A stretch of 64,000 nucleotides of DNA, taken from positions 160,001 through 224,000 of the forward strand of contig CAVVKJ010000005.1 of the NCBI GenBank assembly GCA_963748815.1, read 5' to 3'. The position numbers were made by a program, and so were the translations under genes. This DNA is from an uncultured Gemmatimonadales bacterium (GTDB lineage Bacteria; Gemmatimonadota; Gemmatimonadetes; Gemmatimonadales; GWC2-71-9). The notes under the pieces are model-generated. The model was not told the origin of the DNA and ran no database searches. It worked only from the letters and a program-made list of their open reading frames with translations. The number at the start of each line of letters is the position of its first letter. Position 1 is the stretch's first letter. Of the stretch, positions 50,065 through 62,237 are shown piece by piece.

Positions 50065-51171
50065 TGACTGCGAACGGCATGCCCTCGGACTACACTTTCG
50101 GCCGCTTCTTCCTTCCCGGACCCACCGACGTCCACATCGATGTCCTGCAGGCCATGGTGCACCCGATGTTCGCCCATCGGGGCCCGCAGATGATCGCGAT
50201 GCTCCAGCGGATGGAGCCGCAACTCCAGCGACTCTTCCGCACCACACGCCCTGTGCTGATGGCCACCAGTTCCGCCACCGGGTTCATGGAAGCCGCGGTG
50301 GCCGGCGGGGTGCGCGAGCGCGTGCTCGTGGTCGACGGCGGCTTCTTCGGCGATCGATTCGCCCGGATCGCCAAGCGGTGCGGCAAGGAGGTGCTCCGCC
50401 TGCCGGTGCCGCTCGGCCGCGCCCTCGAGGCCGACGAGCTGGCCGCGGCCCTCGACAAGCACCAGGTGGATGCCGTGGCCCTGGTGCATTGCGAGACCTC
50501 CACCGGCACGCTGCTGCCGCTCGAGGAACTCGCCCGGGTGGTGCGAGGGCGGAAGGACGTGGTCCTGCTGGTGGACGCCGTCACCTCGGTCGGCGGATCG
50601 CCGGTCGAGACCGACGCGTGGGGGCTGGACTTCGTCTTCACCGGCTCCCAGAAGGCGCTCGCCATGCCGCCGGGCATTTCACTCGCCGTCGCGTCGCCCG
50701 CGATGATGGAGCGCGCCTGCGAGCAGGCGCACCCGGGGTGGTACTTCGACCTGGTCCTGCACGACGAGGCGATCAAGATCCATCAGCCGACCCAGACGCC
50801 GGCCCTGCCGCTCTACCTGGCGCTCGAGGCGCAGCTCAAGCGGATCGACGCCGAAGGCGGGCGTCGAGGCCCGCTGGAAGCGGCACCGCACGATGCTCAC
50901 GATGATGGAGGAGTGGGTGGCCGCGCACCCGGCATACAGCTTCTTCGCGCCGGAGGGGCGGCGGGCGTGGACGGTGTCGGCGCTGCGCGTGCCCGAGGGC
51001 ACCACCGGACGTGCGGTGGCCGGCCAGCTGCTGGAGCGGGGATGGACGATCGGCGCGGGTCTCGACGAAATGGCCGATGCGATGATCCGCATCGGCCACA
51101 TGGGAGACCTCACGCCGGGACACTTTGCCGGGCTGTTGTCGGCGCTCTCGGAGATTGCCGAGGGCGCCTAG
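50064..51171 (+). CDS. Class V PLP aminotransferase (serine-pyruvate/alanine-glyoxylate-like); frameshift near 50860
   Basis: LPGPT, HCETSTG, VDAVTS, GSQKAL; C-term IRIGHMG in ORF 50893..51171. Confidence 0.85.
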
Positions 51172-52862
51172 GTCACGCGGAACCCGCCGACGGCGTTGGT
51201 GAGGCGCTCGGCGGCGTCTGCCAGGTGACCGGCCGAGGAGGCAATCTCCTCGGTGGAGGCGTTGAGCTCCTGGGCGGCGGCCGCGATCTGCTGGGCGGCG
51301 GCCGCATATTCTTCCGTGCCGGCGGACACTTCCTTCATGCGCCCGGCAATCCCGTCAATGAGGATGCGCACGTCGTCGGCCGAGGCGGAAATCGCCTGGG
51401 TCCACTGGTCGTTCGCGTCGGCGTCCTCCGCCACGGTGCGGAGGCCGAGCGCCGCCGCCTGGGCCGCGTCGCGGGCCACGATGCCGCCCTGTGCCAGCCG
51501 GAGCAGCCGCTCCCGGGCGGTGTGCACCCGCGCCAGGACGCTCTGCACCGTCTCGCTGGTGGAGGTGGCCGCCTGCGCCGCCTGGCCCGCCAGCTTCCGC
51601 ACTTCCTCCGCCACCACGCTGAAGCCCCGCCCTTCGCCGCCGGCCCGCGCCGCCTCGATGGCGGCGTTGAGCGCCAGCATGTGCGTCTGCTTGGCGATGG
51701 CCTTGGTCTGCGTGATGAACTTCTCGATTTCCTCCGACGAGGTGGCCAGCAGCTCCGCCTCCTCCGCGCCCAGCTCCACCTCTTCGGTGAGCTTGGCGAG
51801 TTCGGTGGTGCTGCGGTCGAGCTGCTCCCGATGGGAGCGGGCCAGCGCCGCCAGCGCCGCGTTCCGCTGCGCCGCCTGCGTGGCACCCGCCGCCAGCGCC
51901 TCGGCGATGCCGAGAATCTTGCCGGCGTCGTTGGCCGCCAAGCGGACGACCCCGGCCTGCTTGGTGGCGCGGTCGGTCAGGTCGGCGGTGGTGCTCGCCA
52001 CCTCCTGCGTCGAGGCGGACATCTCCTGCGTGGCGGCCGAAATCTGTTCGGCCATGGCGGCGGCCTCACTCGAGGCGCCGCGGATGGCGCCCACCAGGTT
52101 CTGCAGCGCGCCGACCATGGCGGCGATCGCCCGGAGCAGGCGATTTCCCTCCGCCCCCGCCTCGGTGGCTTCCGTGACCGTGGCGCTGAGATTGCCTTGG
52201 GCCACCTGCGTGGCGACTTCCTCGGCAATGAGGAGCGGCCGGAGGATGCGGCGGTCGAGCCAGCGCCCCAGGAGCCAGAGGGTGATGATGCCGCCGACCG
52301 TGAAGATCAGGATGCTGAACAGGACCAGGCTGCCCGTGAGGCTCACCCGCTGGGCCTCGGGGGCGCTGGTCACAATGCGCCAGTTGGAGCCCGCCACCGG
52401 GAGGATGGCGGCGCGCGACGCGACGCCGTTCATGGGCAGTGTCAGCAGCTGCAGCCCGCTCCGGCCGGTGGCGGTCTCCAGCCCGGCGACCTGGGAGCCG
52501 ACGGCCGTGGCCGGGCGGCTGCTCCAGAGGATGGCGCCGTTGCCACCCAGCACGGAAACCTCGACCATGTCGGCCTCGGTCCGGGAGGTGGAGAGCAGCC
52601 GGTCGATCATGGCCGCCGCATCCGCCGACGCAGCCCCGGGCGCGGCCAGCCGCGCCATCGCGCCGGGCTGATACTCCAGCGCCTGTTCGAGCAGCGCCGC
52701 CGAACGGTCCGCCAGGCTCACCAGCCGCTCGTCGAGGCCGCGGCGGAGGTGGCGCGACTCGTTGCCGTTCATGATCCCGGCCATCAGGGCGCCGAAAAGG
52801 ACCAGCACGGCGGTGCCGTACAGGTAGAGGGATCGGGTGAGGTCTTTCCTGACGCCGGCCAT
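51168..52862 (-). CDS. Methyl-accepting chemotaxis protein
   Basis: Two TM segments, [37 protein letters not shown]. Confidence 0.92.
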   Translation of the reverse strand: MAGVRKDLTRSLYLYGTAVLVLFGALMAGIMNGNESRHLRRGLDERLVSLADRSAALLEQALEYQPGAMARLAAPGAASADAAAMIDRLLSTSRTEADMVEVSVLGGNGAILWSSRPATAVGSQVAGLETATGRSGLQLLTLPMNGVASRAAILPVAGSNWRIVTSAPEAQRVSLTGSLVLFSILIFTVGGIITLWLLGRWLDRRILRPLLIAEEVATQVAQGNLSATVTEATEAGAEGNRLLRAIAAMVGALQNLVGAIRGASSEAAAMAEQISAATQEMSASTQEVASTTADLTDRATKQAGVVRLAANDAGKILGIAEALAAGATQAAQRNAALAALARSHREQLDRSTTELAKLTEEVELGAEEAELLATSSEEIEKFITQTKAIAKQTHMLALNAAIEAARAGGEGRGFSVVAEEVRKLAGQAAQAATSTSETVQSVLARVHTARERLLRLAQGGIVARDAAQAAALGLRTVAEDADANDQWTQAISASADDVRILIDGIAGRMKEVSAGTEEYAAAAQQIAAAAQELNASTEEIASSAGHLADAAERLTNAVGGFRVT

Positions 52863-52981
52863 GGGGCTCCGCTGGCGATGTAAGTGGGGAGTGCATGAAA
52901 ACTTAGGCTTGCCGGCCCCCTCCAGCAAGGCGCGGGGCCGCGCTTGGCGCTCTCCCGGGCGGCGGGTAGATTTCCGCCATC

Positions 52982-55442
<2,461 letters not shown>

Positions 55443-55456
55443 TGGCCTGACCGGTA

Positions 55457-55538
55457 CTGGACCCCGGCTTTCGCCGGGGTGACGAATCGACGACATCCTG
55501 CCCCGCTGCCCCGCTGCCCCGCTGCCCCGCTGCCCCGC
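55457..55538. repeat. Family A hairpin plus (CCCCGCTG)n array
   Basis: ctggaccccggctttcgccggggtgac at 55457-55483; octamers 55497-55538. Confidence 0.85.
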
Positions 55539-56686
55539 CTACTGTCTTGGCAGCACCTCGTAGGTCGCTTCCATTCCCATCAGGAGGTGTGGCGCCACAT
55601 GGCAGTGGAAGAGCCACACGCCAGGATTGTCCGGCACCATGTCCGCCACCAGCATCCCCATCGGCAGAAGGGCGGCGACGTCGGTCGTCATGTGGGAGGC
55701 CTGCACCGTGTTGCCATGCCAGTGCGGTGCGTGAATTTCGAAATTGGTGGAGGCCATCAGGTACCAGCGCACCCGCTCCCCCTCCCGCATCGTCAACCCG
55801 GAGAGATTGCCATACAGGAAACCGTTCAAGGTCTCCTTGAAGGCGTACTGTGACTCCGGCCCGACTTCGCGCTCCCCGAAGAGGTGCCCTGGTTCAAATC
55901 CGGCCGGCAGTTTCCCATAGGTCCGGAGGTTTTCCTCCCAGAGCGTGCTGTTTGTCTCGTCAAATTCAAGGAATCCCACCACCAGCTCCCGATCCACGTC
56001 GTCCGGCGTGGCATCGGCGCGTGCGTGCGCGCGCGCCGTGATGATCATGGGGCCCACCAGGCCGGCGTTCACGTCGCCGACTTCCGTGGTGTGGGAGTGA
56101 TACATCCAGAAGGCCGTGCTTCCCTCGTCGTGGGACGGACCGGCGCGCTCCGGCACCGGCCAGGTGTACACATGTCGCCCGCCCGTGGGGACGCCGTCGT
56201 CGGCGCGCTCTGACGCTGCGGTGCCGTCCTCGTACGGCGCCCCTTCCGAATCCTTCAGGTAGAAGACGCCATGCGGGTGCATGCTGGCGGGAAAGCTGGC
56301 ACGGTTGAGAAACACCACCCGGATCGTGTCGCCCACCACCCCGCGGAGCAGCGGCCCCATGATGCCGAGGTGCTCCCACTCGGGGGACGCGGAACCTGGG
56401 TGGTGAAGGTGGAGTCGGTGTATTCCCGATAGATCGCCTTCTTGGCGAGACGACCGACGTGCATATCACCCGCGGTCACGAAGGGCAGCTGGACCTCGTC
56501 CCAGTCGGCGTTGGCAATGAGGCTGCGTCCCGCCGGGGCGTAGTCCCAGACCACCTCGTCCGCCGCGACGTAATACGTGCGGGTCATTGGGCCGACCGTT
56601 CGCTGGCCCGACGGGCTGCACGCGGCAGCGAGGAGGAGCAGCAGGGCAAGCGACTGCACGGCCAAGTGCGATCGGGATCGGGGCAT
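55539..56686 (-). CDS. Two-domain multicopper oxidase, ceruloplasmin-like lipoprotein; frameshift near 56385
   Basis: Lipobox AAAC; YYVAADEVVWDYAP, KKAIYREYTD, MHPHG, YHSH, HAPHWHG, HCHVAPHLLMGM. Confidence 0.87.
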
Positions 56687-56723
56687 GATTCCTCGGCGGG
56701 AAAATGGCATGAAGGAGAGGAAT

Positions 56724-56846
56724 GTCACCCCCGCGAAGCCGGGGGTCCAGTGTCGAGGCTGCTGGATTCCCGCTTGCGCGGGAATGACGCGAATTCAAGC
56801 TTCGCTGCCCCGCTGCCCCGCTTCCCCGCTGCCCCGCTGTCCCCGC
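56724..56846. repeat. Family A double hairpin plus octamer array
   Basis: 56724-56788, then (ccccgctk)n at 56803-56846. Confidence 0.85.
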
Positions 56847-57971
56847 CTACATCAGCTTCACAATCCAGTCCCCCACGAAATACCCCACCACCGCCACGCC
56901 GAAGCCCACGATCAGCATGTCAAAGCCGCTCCGGGCCACGCCGCGGCCGGTGAAGAAGCTCCGCGCCGCCCCGACGCCGAAATGCGAGAGCATGGCGAGC
57001 GTGAACGAGGTGTAGAGCGCCCACGGCTCGATGCTGATCAGCAGCGGGGCCACCGGGATGAACGCGCCGATCGCGGTGGCCAGTCCGGTCACCCACGCCT
57101 CGCGGAACGGCGTGCTGCTGGCGTCGCCGATCTTCAGTTCCTCCCGCACCTTTTCTTCGAGGGCCTTCTCGGGGTCCGACATGACCTGGCGGGCGAGCTC
57201 GTCGGACTGGTCCTCGGGAATGCCCTTGGCCTGGTAGAGGAGGCTGAGCTCCTCGGTCTCCAGCTCCGGCATGAGGCGGATTTCCTCCCGCTCCATGGCG
57301 ATCTCGTGCTCGTACACCTCGCGCTCGCTCTTGGCGGCCAGGTAGCCGGAGGATCCCATCGACAGCGCATCGGCCACCATCCCAGCCAGCCCGGCCACGA
57401 CCACCGCATGAGAGGCGGTCCCCATCGACTCCGCAGCGCCGACCATCCCGGCGAGGAGGCCGAAATTGGCGGTGAGTCCGTCGTTGAAGCCGTAGACCAC
57501 GTTGCGGAGAAACCCGCCCGCCTGGGTCTTGTGCCACGGTTCGCCCTCGCGGCCGGCGATCTTCGACAGGGTGGTGGCGTGTTCCTTGGACTCGCGAGCG
57601 AGCCGCAGTGCGGTGGGACCGGCGGCGCCGTCGGGAGCGGACTTGTAGAGCTGGAGGTAGCCCTTGACCTCCTGGCCCTCTTCCTCGAGCAGCATCGGGA
57701 GGAGCCATTGGGGCCCGAAGCGCCGGGCCACCCAGGCCATGGTGCGCGCCTTGGCGGAGACGCGCACCTTCGGAATCGTGTGGCCGTGCTCGCCGAGCAG
57801 CTTCTGCCAGGCCGCCACGTGCCGGTTCTCGACCTCGCTGAGCCGGGTGTACAGGGCCGAACGCCTGGGGTCCGGTTCCCCCCGGGCCAGCTCCCGGTAC
57901 AGGAAGGCGGCGTCGGCCTCGTCGGCCAGATGGTGGAGCCAGAGCTTCGGGGCGGGGGAGGGGGGTGGCAT
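56847..57971 (-). CDS. VIT1/CCC1 family metal transporter with N-terminal ferritin/rubrerythrin-like domain
   Basis: DEADAAFLY, EVENRH, ESKEH; LRNVVYGFNDGL, ALSMGSSGYLA. Confidence 0.88.
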   Translation of the reverse strand: MPPPSPAPKLWLHHLADEADAAFLYRELARGEPDPRRSALYTRLSEVENRHVAAWQKLLGEHGHTIPKVRVSAKARTMAWVARRFGPQWLLPMLLEEEGQEVKGYLQLYKSAPDGAAGPTALRLARESKEHATTLSKIAGREGEPWHKTQAGGFLRNVVYGFNDGLTANFGLLAGMVGAAESMGTASHAVVVAGLAGMVADALSMGSSGYLAAKSEREVYEHEIAMEREEIRLMPELETEELSLLYQAKGIPEDQSDELARQVMSDPEKALEEKVREELKIGDASSTPFREAWVTGLATAIGAFIPVAPLLISIEPWALYTSFTLAMLSHFGVGAARSFFTGRGVARSGFDMLIVGFGVAVVGYFVGDWIVKLM

Positions 57972-58208
57972 CGGCGTAAGATAAGAGCTTCGCGCCTGGT
58001 TTGAGGAATGAGACAGAGGACTTGGGACTTGGAGGGGCGAAAAGCCGAAAGAAGCTGGGGGATCGGATCAGGTACCAGATCGTAATACGTTGACTCATAT
58101 TGACTTACTGAAGTTCGACTCACTCCTGCCGCTCCTCCTTCCGCCTTTCTCCTGCCGCCCCTCCAAGTCCTGAAGTCCCTCTTCTCCTTCGTCCCTCCGC
58201 CCTCCCCC

Positions 58209-58235
58209 TGCAACCATCCGCTCCATCCCTGCATC
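58209..58235 (+). promoter_or_regulatory. Putative autoregulatory ECF promoter TGCAACC-N15-GCATC
   Basis: AAC-containing -35 box, ending 12 nt before the sigma ATG; second copy at 16612. Confidence 0.55.
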
Positions 58236-58247
58236 TTTAAGGGACCT

Positions 58248-58802
58248 ATGACAAAGGCACTGGCAGTGGACTCCTATCTCGCAGGCGACGCCGAATCGGT
58301 GGTCGCGCGGGTGCGGGTGGGCGATCCGGCCGCGCTGGAGATCCTCTACCGCGCCTACGAGACCCCCGTCTTCAACCTGGCACGGCGGATCTGTCGCACC
58401 GTGGAAGACGCCGAGGATGTCCTCCAGGAGACCTTCTTCGAGGTCTATCGGAGCATCGGTCAGTATCGGGGAGACGGGCCGCTCTGGGGCTGGGTTCGCC
58501 GGGTGGCGTCCAGCAAGGCGCTGATGCGGCTCCGCCGGAACAAGTACCGGGATACCGACGAGCTCTTCGACGAGGCGCATGCGAGCAGGCGGGACGACAC
58601 CCCCCTCCGCATGGACCTCGAAGCCGCGCTGGAACGCCTGCCAGAAACTTCGCGCGCCGTGGTCTGGCTCCACGACGTCGAGGGATATACCCACGAAGAA
58701 ATCGCCGAAATGATGGACCGGACACCGAGCTTCTCGAAGTCCCAGCTCGCGCGCGCGCACGCCAAGCTGCGGGTCTGGCTCGGCGAGGAGGCGCGGGCAT
58801 GA
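58248..58802 (+). CDS. ECF RNA polymerase sigma factor
   Basis: DAEDVLQETF, WVRRVA, LHDVEGYTHEEIAEMM, SKSQLARA. Confidence 0.92.
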   Translation: MTKALAVDSYLAGDAESVVARVRVGDPAALEILYRAYETPVFNLARRICRTVEDAEDVLQETFFEVYRSIGQYRGDGPLWGWVRRVASSKALMRLRRNKYRDTDELFDEAHASRRDDTPLRMDLEAALERLPETSRAVVWLHDVEGYTHEEIAEMMDRTPSFSKSQLARAHAKLRVWLGEEARA

Positions 58803-59401
58803 TGCACCTGACGATGGAGCAGCTCGTGGCCCTCCGCGACGCCGGCAGCGAGCCGGGCAGCGCCGAGAGCCAGGCCCACATCCGGGCCTGCGCCCAGTGC
58901 GCCGCCGAGCTCGACCGGCTGCATCAGCGGGTGGCGCGGCTCCGGGCCCTGCCGACGCTGCGCCCGCCCCGCGACCGGTTTGCCGCGGTGGCGGCCCGGG
59001 TACGGCACGACCGGAGGCAGGTCTACCTCCGACGCGGCGGCATCGGCGCGCTGGCGCTCGCGGCCTCTCTCCTGTTGGTGGTGGTGGGGCGCGATCTCCT
59101 GGCGCCCCAGACCGCCGCTGCCTCCGATCAGCTTACGGCGGTCATGGCCGAGTCGGCCACGCTGGAGCAGGCCCTGCGGCAGCTCCGGAGCAGCCAGCAG
59201 GTGACGGATGCGTACACCACGCGCGCCGCCAGCACCATCGAGGACCGCATTGCCGAGCTCGACCACGAGCTGGAAGCGGCGCAGATGCGCGGCCGCGCCG
59301 GTGCCAGCACCGAGCTCCTTCCGCTCTGGCGGGAACGGGTCGGGCTGATGGATGCGCTGGTCGACGTGCACCTGACGCGCGCGCACAACGTGGGGCTCTG
59401 A
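58799..59401 (+). CDS. Zinc-finger anti-sigma factor
   Basis: HIRACAQC (HxxxCxxC), single TM helix; coupled to the sigma gene. Confidence 0.8.
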   Translation: MMHLTMEQLVALRDAGSEPGSAESQAHIRACAQCAAELDRLHQRVARLRALPTLRPPRDRFAAVAARVRHDRRQVYLRRGGIGALALAASLLLVVVGRDLLAPQTAAASDQLTAVMAESATLEQALRQLRSSQQVTDAYTTRAASTIEDRIAELDHELEAAQMRGRAGASTELLPLWRERVGLMDALVDVHLTRAHNVGL

Positions 59402-60405
59402 TGTTTGCCCGCCGGTTTGTTCCGCTGGTCCCCCTGAGTCTCGTTCTCGCGTCTGTCTTGCCCCTTGCCGCCCAGACGACTCCGGCTCCACGCGCCCCCA
59501 AGCCGATGCGGACAGATTCGATGGTGGTGGTGACGGATTCGATGCGCGTCCGCTTCGACACCTTTCGCACCCGCGCCTACTTCTTCCGCGACTCGATGCA
59601 GCCGATGATGGCCCAGGCGTTCGCCACTCGGCGGGTGCGCATCGGAGTCGTCGTCAACACGCAGCCCTCCGAGTCCGATTCCATCGGGGCGCTGCTCGAC
59701 GCCGTCACGCCGGGGGGGCCCGCCGCGACGGCCGGGCTCCGGGCAGGCGACATCCTCACCGTCTTCGGCCCGACGCCGCTGGTGACCCCGCTCTCGAAAG
59801 TCCCTCCGGGCACCCGGGTGCCCAGCCCCGGGTTCAAGTTGATCGAGCTGGTGGCCAAACTGCCGCCCAACGACACCGTCCCGGTGGAGTACCGCCGCGG
59901 AAACAAGTCCATGAAGACGAAGGTGGTCACGGCGGCGGTGCCGGAGAATCTTTCTGTCGTGGTCGGCCCGGGCGGGAACTACGGATTCCAGGCCATGCCC
60001 GGCGGGGAAGCGTACTGGGTGGGGCCGGAGAGCGACCAGAGTCAGCGTGCCCTCGAACTGGCGCTCCTCCGGAGCGAGGCGGTCAGGGGATCGCGGGACA
60101 ACATGGAAATGACGTTCTCACTCTCCATGGGCGGCGCGCTCCGCGACCTTGAACTGGCGCCGGTCAACCCGCAGCTCGGCAGCTACTTCGGGACCACGGA
60201 AGGGGTCCTCGTCGTCAATGTGCCTGATCCGTCCCCCCTGGGTCTCAAGGCGGGCGATGTCGTGCTGGCGGTCGATGGGCGGGAGGTGTCCAGCCCGCGG
60301 CAACTGATGCGCGTGCTGGCCAGCTACGAGCCGGGTGAGGCGCTCAAGCTCGAGGTGATGCGGCAGAAGAAGCGCGTCACCCTGAAGGGGACGCTGGGAC
60401 GCTAG
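59401..60405 (+). CDS. Periplasmic tandem-PDZ protein
   Basis: Signal peptide; VTPGGPAATAGLRAGD and GLKAGDVVLAVDG. Confidence 0.82.
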   Translation: MFARRFVPLVPLSLVLASVLPLAAQTTPAPRAPKPMRTDSMVVVTDSMRVRFDTFRTRAYFFRDSMQPMMAQAFATRRVRIGVVVNTQPSESDSIGALLDAVTPGGPAATAGLRAGDILTVFGPTPLVTPLSKVPPGTRVPSPGFKLIELVAKLPPNDTVPVEYRRGNKSMKTKVVTAAVPENLSVVVGPGGNYGFQAMPGGEAYWVGPESDQSQRALELALLRSEAVRGSRDNMEMTFSLSMGGALRDLELAPVNPQLGSYFGTTEGVLVVNVPDPSPLGLKAGDVVLAVDGREVSSPRQLMRVLASYEPGEALKLEVMRQKKRVTLKGTLGR

Positions 60406-60644
60406 GCGGGTGGGGCGGGGGAGAAGAGGTAGGTCTCCATCTGTTCGAACAGGAACTTCTTGGCCTCCGGGCTTCGCAGATCCAGGCCGTAATGGTTGAT
60501 GAGCTGCTGCTGATACTTCAGCCACTCACCCCAGCATACGGCGCAGATCTGTTCGAAGGCACGGAGGCCAAGGTCGTTCTGGAAGGGCCGGAAGGCCATC
60601 TGGTCGCGGGTCTGGCCGCAACGCGCACAGGATACGGTCGCCAT
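60402..60644 (-). CDS. yggX: Fe(II)-trafficking / oxidative damage protection protein (YggX family)
   Basis: LGLRAFEQICAVCWGEWLKYQQQLINHYGL..KKFLFEQMETYLF. Confidence 0.8.
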   Translation of the reverse strand: MATVSCARCGQTRDQMAFRPFQNDLGLRAFEQICAVCWGEWLKYQQQLINHYGLDLRSPEAKKFLFEQMETYLFSPAPPA

Positions 60645-60672
60645 GCTCCCAAGATATCGGGGGACGGCTGGC

Positions 60673-60941
60673 CTAGCCATCTCCCCGGCGGAGCGCCTTG
60701 ACCCCGCTGGCGGTGCCGACGCCCGGCGCCGATCCCGAAGATGGCGGCGGTCACCGTCGGTCACGATGGGGAGCAGCGCGACCGGCAAGGCCACGACCGC
60801 GGCGATCAATCCCGCGGCAAAGGGGAAGACCGGGTTGTAGACGCCGTCCACGAACCGGAGACGACGGCGGACGAAATTCCTGGCGATGGCAAAGCCGCCG
60901 ACGGCGGCCGCGACGGTCACGGCAAGGGCGATGAGGCCCAT
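60673..60941 (-). CDS. Small membrane protein; frameshift(s) near 60720-60760
   Basis: Hydrophobic MGLIALAVTVAAAV..; GAGG RBS; apparent fusion to YggX in the ORF track is an artefact. Confidence 0.55.
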
Positions 60942-61017
60942 ATGTTCCTCTGAGGTTGTGGGCTTGTTTCAGTACGGAACATCTAGATGGGATGTTTCAG
61001 GCGGTATTTCCGGTCCC

Positions 61018-61149
61018 GTCACCCCGGCGAACGCCGGGGTCCAAGGTGCTTCACGCCAACATGGATCCCGGCTTGCGCCGGGATGACAGCTGTCCACCCT
61101 TTCGGTCCCGCTTCCCCGCTTCCCCGCTTCCCCGCTGCCCCGCTGCCCC
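61018..61149. repeat. Family A double hairpin plus octamer array
   Basis: 61018-61087, then (ccccgctk)n at 61107-61149. Confidence 0.85.
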
Positions 61150-62148
61150 CTACCACCGAATCACGCAACTCCCCCACATGAACCCCGACCCGAAGGCCGT
61201 CAACACCAGCAGGTCTCCCCGCTTGAGGCGGCCGCTCCGCACGCATTCGTCGAGCGCGATCGGGATCGTGGCCGACGTCGTATTCCCGTACCGCATGATG
61301 TTGTTGTAGACCTGGTCGTCCCGGAGCTTCAAGGACTTCTGGACCGCCTCCGAGATCCGGAGATTGGCCTGGTGCGGGATCAGGAGGTTGACGTCGCCCC
61401 ACGTATAGCCGGCCTTGGTGACCGCCGTGGTGGCTGACTCGGGCATCTTCGTGACGGCGTGCCGGAAGACATCGCGCCCGTCCATCGAGAGCCACTGCTT
61501 CCCCGCTTCAAGTTGCCCGGCGGATATCCGGGGGTGGTACATCGATCCCGGGACGTCCACCCACAGCTTCTCGGCGTAATCCCCGTCGGTGTGCAGGTCG
61601 AAGCAGAGCACGCCGCGATTCTCGGACGCATCGACCGGGCCGAGCACCGCCGCGCCGGCGCCGTCGGCGAAAATCACGGCGGTATGCCTGCCTTCGGTGC
61701 TCAAGTCCATCCCGGTCGACTGGATCTCCTCTCCCACCAGGAGAATCCGGTCGTACTGACCGGACCGGATCCACGCGTCCGCCACCGAGAGCCCGTACAC
61801 GAAGCCGCTGCACTGGGTGCGGATGTCGAGCGCCGGGAGGTTGCCGGCGCCGAGTGCGCGCTGGAGGTAGACCCCGTTCCCGGGGCAAAAGTGATCGGGC
61901 GTCGAGGTGGCGAAGACGATGGCGTCCAGGTCGGTGGGCTTCAGCCCGGCCGCTTCCAGCGCCTGCCGGGCGGCGGGGAGCGCCAGGTCCACCGAAGTCT
62001 GGCCCTCGCGCACCCAGCGGCGCTCCTCGATGCCCGTTCGTTCGCGAATCCACTGGTCCGAAGTGTCCATGAGGCCCGCGAGGTCGTCGTTGGTGACGAC
62101 GCGGTCAGGAACGCAGAAGCCGGTGCCCAGAATGGCCGAACGACGCAC
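61150..62148 (-). CDS. fabH: 3-oxoacyl-ACP synthase III
   Basis: WIRERTGIEERR, QCSGF, FADGAGA, PHQAN, YGNTTSAT, AFGSG. Confidence 0.92.
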   Translation of the reverse strand: MRRSAILGTGFCVPDRVVTNDDLAGLMDTSDQWIRERTGIEERRWVREGQTSVDLALPAARQALEAAGLKPTDLDAIVFATSTPDHFCPGNGVYLQRALGAGNLPALDIRTQCSGFVYGLSVADAWIRSGQYDRILLVGEEIQSTGMDLSTEGRHTAVIFADGAGAAVLGPVDASENRGVLCFDLHTDGDYAEKLWVDVPGSMYHPRISAGQLEAGKQWLSMDGRDVFRHAVTKMPESATTAVTKAGYTWGDVNLLIPHQANLRISEAVQKSLKLRDDQVYNNIMRYGNTTSATIPIALDECVRSGRLKRGDLLVLTAFGSGFMWGSCVIRW

Positions 62149-62237
62149 GGAACCTCCGGGAGGAAATGGATGCTCCCCCAATGTTGGGGCGGAAAAATGA
62201 GGGACGCAAGCGGAGGCCGCCCGAGCGGCCGGGGGCG

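Noticed and set aside
50061..52883. 940-aa ORF as an aminotransferase fusion
   Set aside because: Frameshift read-through into the antisense strand of the MCP gene
60402..60941. Membrane protein-YggX fusion
   Set aside because: The junction peptide is out-of-frame sequence, and YggX has its own ATG at 60644
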